Shown here in pieces: positions 60,470-64,000 of a stretch of 64,000 nucleotides of DNA. The position numbers were made by a program, and so were the translations under genes. Positions within the stretch are counted from its first letter, which is position 1. Each line of letters starts with the position of its first letter. The notes beneath the pieces were generated by a model. The model worked only from the letters and a program-made list of their open reading frames with translations, did no database searches and had not been told where the DNA came from. This DNA comes from Guillardia theta CCMP2712. Lineage: Eukaryota > Protista > Cryptophyta. The stretch is from assembly GCF_000315625.1 (NCBI RefSeq), contig NW_005434624.1:53414-117413 (forward strand), written 5' to 3'.

Positions 60470-63400
60470 CTACAAAACAAAGGTTGAAGGTGGTTGAGCT
60501 GGGGCTGGTTGGACCTGCAGGCTTGACGTCAGCAGATGGCCACAAAAGCTCCTCCTCCTCGTTCTCCTCCTCCTCGTTCTCCTCGTTCTCCTCCTCCTCG
60601 TTCTCCTCCTCCTCCTCCTCCTCCTCCTCCTCCTCCTCCTCCTCCTCCTCCTCCTCCTCCTCCTCCTCTACCTGAGCCCCTGGCGTGCTCGGAGCTCCGA
60701 AGAGCTTCTCTGCCACCTCCTCGATGCGTTCTTCGATCTTGGAGAGCCTGCGAGAAAGTGAGGAGAAGAGATGAGGAGAGGATGGAAGGAGATAGGAGGA
60801 GGGGACGGGAGTTTGAGCGGAGAAGACAGGGGGAGGGAGGAGGCGCGGGTGTGAAAGGGGGAAGAAGAGGAGGAGATGATCATTAAGAACCTGGAGGAGG
60901 CCTTGGACATGAGCTCTCGCTGATCGCCGAGCTCGTCCCTGAGGTCTCGCATGGCATTTCTGACCTGGTCCTTGGTCTCGTCGTTCTGTTCCTCCAGCTC
61001 GTCACGCTGGATGCCGACGAAGAGGCCGTTGGGGAAGAAGTCAGGCTTCTCCTTATCGAAGCACTTGGACACGATGGACTGGATCATGTTGTAGTCCTGG
61101 GGGTCGTGGAGGGAGAGCCAGCGGAGGAAGAAGAGGTAGTTCCAGGCGTACTTGCCAGCCTCCCTCTTCTCCCACTCGCCCGGGAAGTCGTCGAACTTGA
61201 ACCGGTCGATGCCGGAGATGAAGCACTTGGACTCGAGGTACTTGCGGATGTCGTCCTTTGCCTGCCGCATCTCGTTGAAGGCGTTGATGATCTGACCTGT
61301 CATCACGGGCTGGAGCAGGAAGGACCAGAAGATGACGAAGGTGATCATGAAGAGCGTCCTCCCCGAGTACCAAATGTCCGCCCATACCGCCATGGACGGG
61401 AAGGCCCAGGCGGCGAACCGGCCGAGGACGGTGCGGATGTCGCCTCCGAAGGAGTGAACGATGAAGGCAGCAACGCACTGGAACGGGCTGTGGCAGCTCT
61501 CGGAGGAGATGATCCCCGACTGCGAGTAGTAGGCGTACCCTAGGAAGCCGTAGACTGCTATGACCATCACCCCGACGGCGAAGGAGCGGATGAGTGCCGG
61601 CCCTCCGACGTAGAGGGCGCGGGTGACCATGCGTCCTCCTGGCTGCCGGAAGTAGTCGAGCATGCAGAACACCTGGAAGAAGGGGGAGGAGATGAGGCCG
61701 AGGACGGAGAAGGAGGTGAGGCCGATGAAATACCAGGCGTTGAGGCACTTGGAGAGGGTTCGGAGGACGAGGATAAGGCCGATTTTCTCCTCCAGGACTA
61801 CGTTTGGGACGGGAGGAAGATGGAGCAGGTACTCCTTGCCTTTCTTCATGTTGGCATCCTCCTCCTCCGTCGACGAGCTCTTCTCCTTCAGCTTCACCTT
61901 CAATTCCTTCTTGTACTCCTCGACCAGGTGGATCCACTCGAGCGGAAAGTCCAGGATGAAGTAGGAGAGGCTGTAGAGGACGGTGAGGAGGAGATGAACG
62001 ACTGTGAGGAAGTAGATGAACGACTTGCCCGCCGGCCAGAACAGCCACTCCTTGTCCGACGCCCACCTGCTCTCCAGCCGCAGCCTGTACTTGAGCGAGT
62101 AGTCGATGGTGCTCATGGCCAGCCCGTAGGTCGATCCGAGGCCCGTGGGGTCGGTGGTGTCCTTGGCGTAGGGGTAGGGGAGGTTCTGGTAGCCTGCGGG
62201 AGGGGTCCCCTTAGAGAAGAAGCGGCCCTGGGCGAAGACTCCGCCTGTGTTGGGGTCAATGGGGATGCCGTAGACGATGAGGAGGAGGACGGTGATGAGG
62301 ATGGAGAGGGAGAGGGTTGACTTCTTGACCCACTTTCTCCTCTTGATCAGGATCCTGACCGTCCTGTACCTCCCCACCGCCTCGAACCACACGAGCTGGC
62401 TGAGCATGGACTTGAGCTGCTGGATGAAGGAGACGTACTTCTCGTGGGTCTCGTTGTTGGGGATGGAGCGGATCAGCTCTGTCATCCTATCCTTGTAGTC
62501 GGAGTTGTGCGCCATGCTCACGATGCTGTCATCTAGCGAGAAGTACACCTTCTCCACCCACGACTTGCCCGTGCTCTCCACCCTTCTCACCAGCTCCACG
62601 TGCGACGTGTGCTCCTTGAGGAACTTGTACAGGCGGGGGTACTCCTGCTTCAGCCCTTGCACGTGCTTGCGCACGTCCCCTGTGTCGTCGAAGTCCTGCA
62701 GGTAGAGCATGATGAAGTAGAGGTAGTACGTCTCCTCCTCCAGTAGCGACTCGATGCCCTCCATGGAGAAGCCCTTGTCCGACAGGCTCAGCACGTTCTT
62801 GTTCCGCTTCTGCTGCGACCTCATCGACTTGATGTGACGTCGGTGGTAGTCCACGAACCCCAGCAGCTTCCCGTTCTCCACGATCTGATCCGCAAACATC
62901 TTGAGGTCGAAGAAGTTGCGAATCTGCCGGGGGACTGACAGGTCCGTCACAACCTCGAAGAAGGAGAGGATACATCGCAGCAGGGTGATCTTCAGGCAGC
63001 AGCGCAGGTCGTTGATAGACAGGAACAGGCCCGCCGAAGCCGACGCCCATCCCCCCAGCGCCAGCCCCTCCGAGGAGGTGTAGCTGCAGAAGGCGAGGAC
63101 GCGGTTGACGCTCGTGAGGAAATTGCTGGAGAGGAGGACGGCCAAGTTCTTCGTGTTGGGCCCCTGGACCGCCTCCGTGATCGTCTCGACGAGCTGGAGG
63201 CAGAGGATGATGAGGCCCTGGGAGTCGTTGGAGGAGAGGGCGGCAGGGAGGAGGGGCTGAACGACCTCGAACAAGTCGAAGCATCGCTTCAAGATGTCGT
63301 ATGACTTTAGCATGCCGGGCTGACTTGACACGAGGTCCTGGATGACCTTGCACTGCCCGTCGCACATGAGCTGGAGGAGGCGGAGGACGAGGACGGCGAG

Positions 63401-64000
63401 GCTGGACTTGCCGTACTCGGACTCAGCCATGTCGCTCTCGTGCGGGGTGTGGGAGCCAGAGTGTTCGTTCTTGTCGAGCCCCTTCATCCTCTTCAGCTTG
63501 TTCGACGCAGAGTTCCTCTTGAGGTACTCCATGGAGCGGATGGTGGAGTCCAGGATCTTGAGGACGCGGCTGAAGAAGAGGTTGGTCTTGTTCTTGGTCA
63601 GGAAGTTCGCCACAGTGCTCTGAACGCGCTGGTTCTTGCCCTGCAGCAGGACCATGAGGAGGCGGACGGCCTCGGTTTGTATCCTCTTGCTCTTGTGGGA
63701 GAAGAGCCTCATGGCGGCGACGGTGCAGCCCATGGCGTCGAACTTGTTCTGCATCCATTTGATGACCTTCTTCTCGGGCCCGTAGATCCTGCGGGGAGAA
63801 GGGTGAGCAGGGGATGAGTCATGGAAGGGCAGGGGATGAGTCATGGAAGGGAGGAGAGAGGAGGAAAGGAGGGGAGGGGAGGGAGGAGGAAAGGAGGGGA
63901 GGGATGGATGTATGGAAGGAGGGAAAAAGAGAGGTGGTGAGGGAGGAGAGAGGGGGAGGGAGGGACGCAGTCGGGATACTCTCAGATATGCGGAAGATCT
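60470..64000 (-). CDS. IP3-receptor/ryanodine-receptor family Ca2+ release channel, C-terminal part (5' end outside the window)
   Basis: RIH-associated domain LVLRLLQLMCDGQ...IQD...YDIL...ETITEAVQGPN; SHVELVR...VEKVYF; multiple TM helices; GQIINAFNEMR...KCFISG...WNYLFFL...DFFP tail. Last exon approximate. Confidence 0.85.

Noticed and set aside
61053-63365. 337-aa and 278-aa alternative-frame ORFs
   Set aside because: Off-frame shadows within the GC-rich IP3R/RyR coding region
1-64000. Functional ciliary/Ca2+ gene cluster (Sfi1-like, cNMP, PKD1-like, p25-alpha-like, IP3R)
   Set aside because: Genes are interspersed with unrelated housekeeping genes, such families are large in flagellates, and there is no evidence of co-regulation

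Overview
Eukaryotic, gene-dense nuclear DNA with many very short spliceosomal introns (mostly about 42-66 nt, usually with a TGAC branch motif just before the AG). It also has microsatellite-filled introns, two 100-N assembly gaps and proteins with bipartite plastid-targeting leaders. Together these point to a secondary-plastid alga, most likely a cryptophyte such as Guillardia theta (inference). About 19 protein-coding genes were reconstructed by eye: Sfi1-like, START-domain, GT25 glycosyltransferase, parvulin PPIase, PPR-like, cNMP-binding, TRAPPC6/Trs33, VTC1-like, p25-alpha-like, atypical transketolase, MUS81-like, two plastid-targeted proteins, a fucosyltransferase-like protein, the 3' part of a divergent IP3R/RyR channel, several hypotheticals, and one giant gene. 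The giant gene (15210-32923, minus strand, 11 exons, about 5,730 aa) is the standout. It encodes a single-pass polycystin-1-like surface receptor: signal peptide; about 7 copies of a Cys-rich repeat I do not recognise, carrying nested PAN- and SPRY-like inserts; FN3; many IPT/TIG-like repeats; REJ; GAIN/GPS (HL|T); Cys-rich/EGF stalk; ZU5-like domain with an HF|S motif; one TM helix; and three cytoplasmic C4 zinc ribbons. Other highlights are a MUS81 with a fused EME1-like C-terminal domain, a candidate GA-AG intron, a Tourist/PIF-Harbinger-like MITE, and a recurring oriented promoter architecture. All domain calls come from motif recognition, not database searches.
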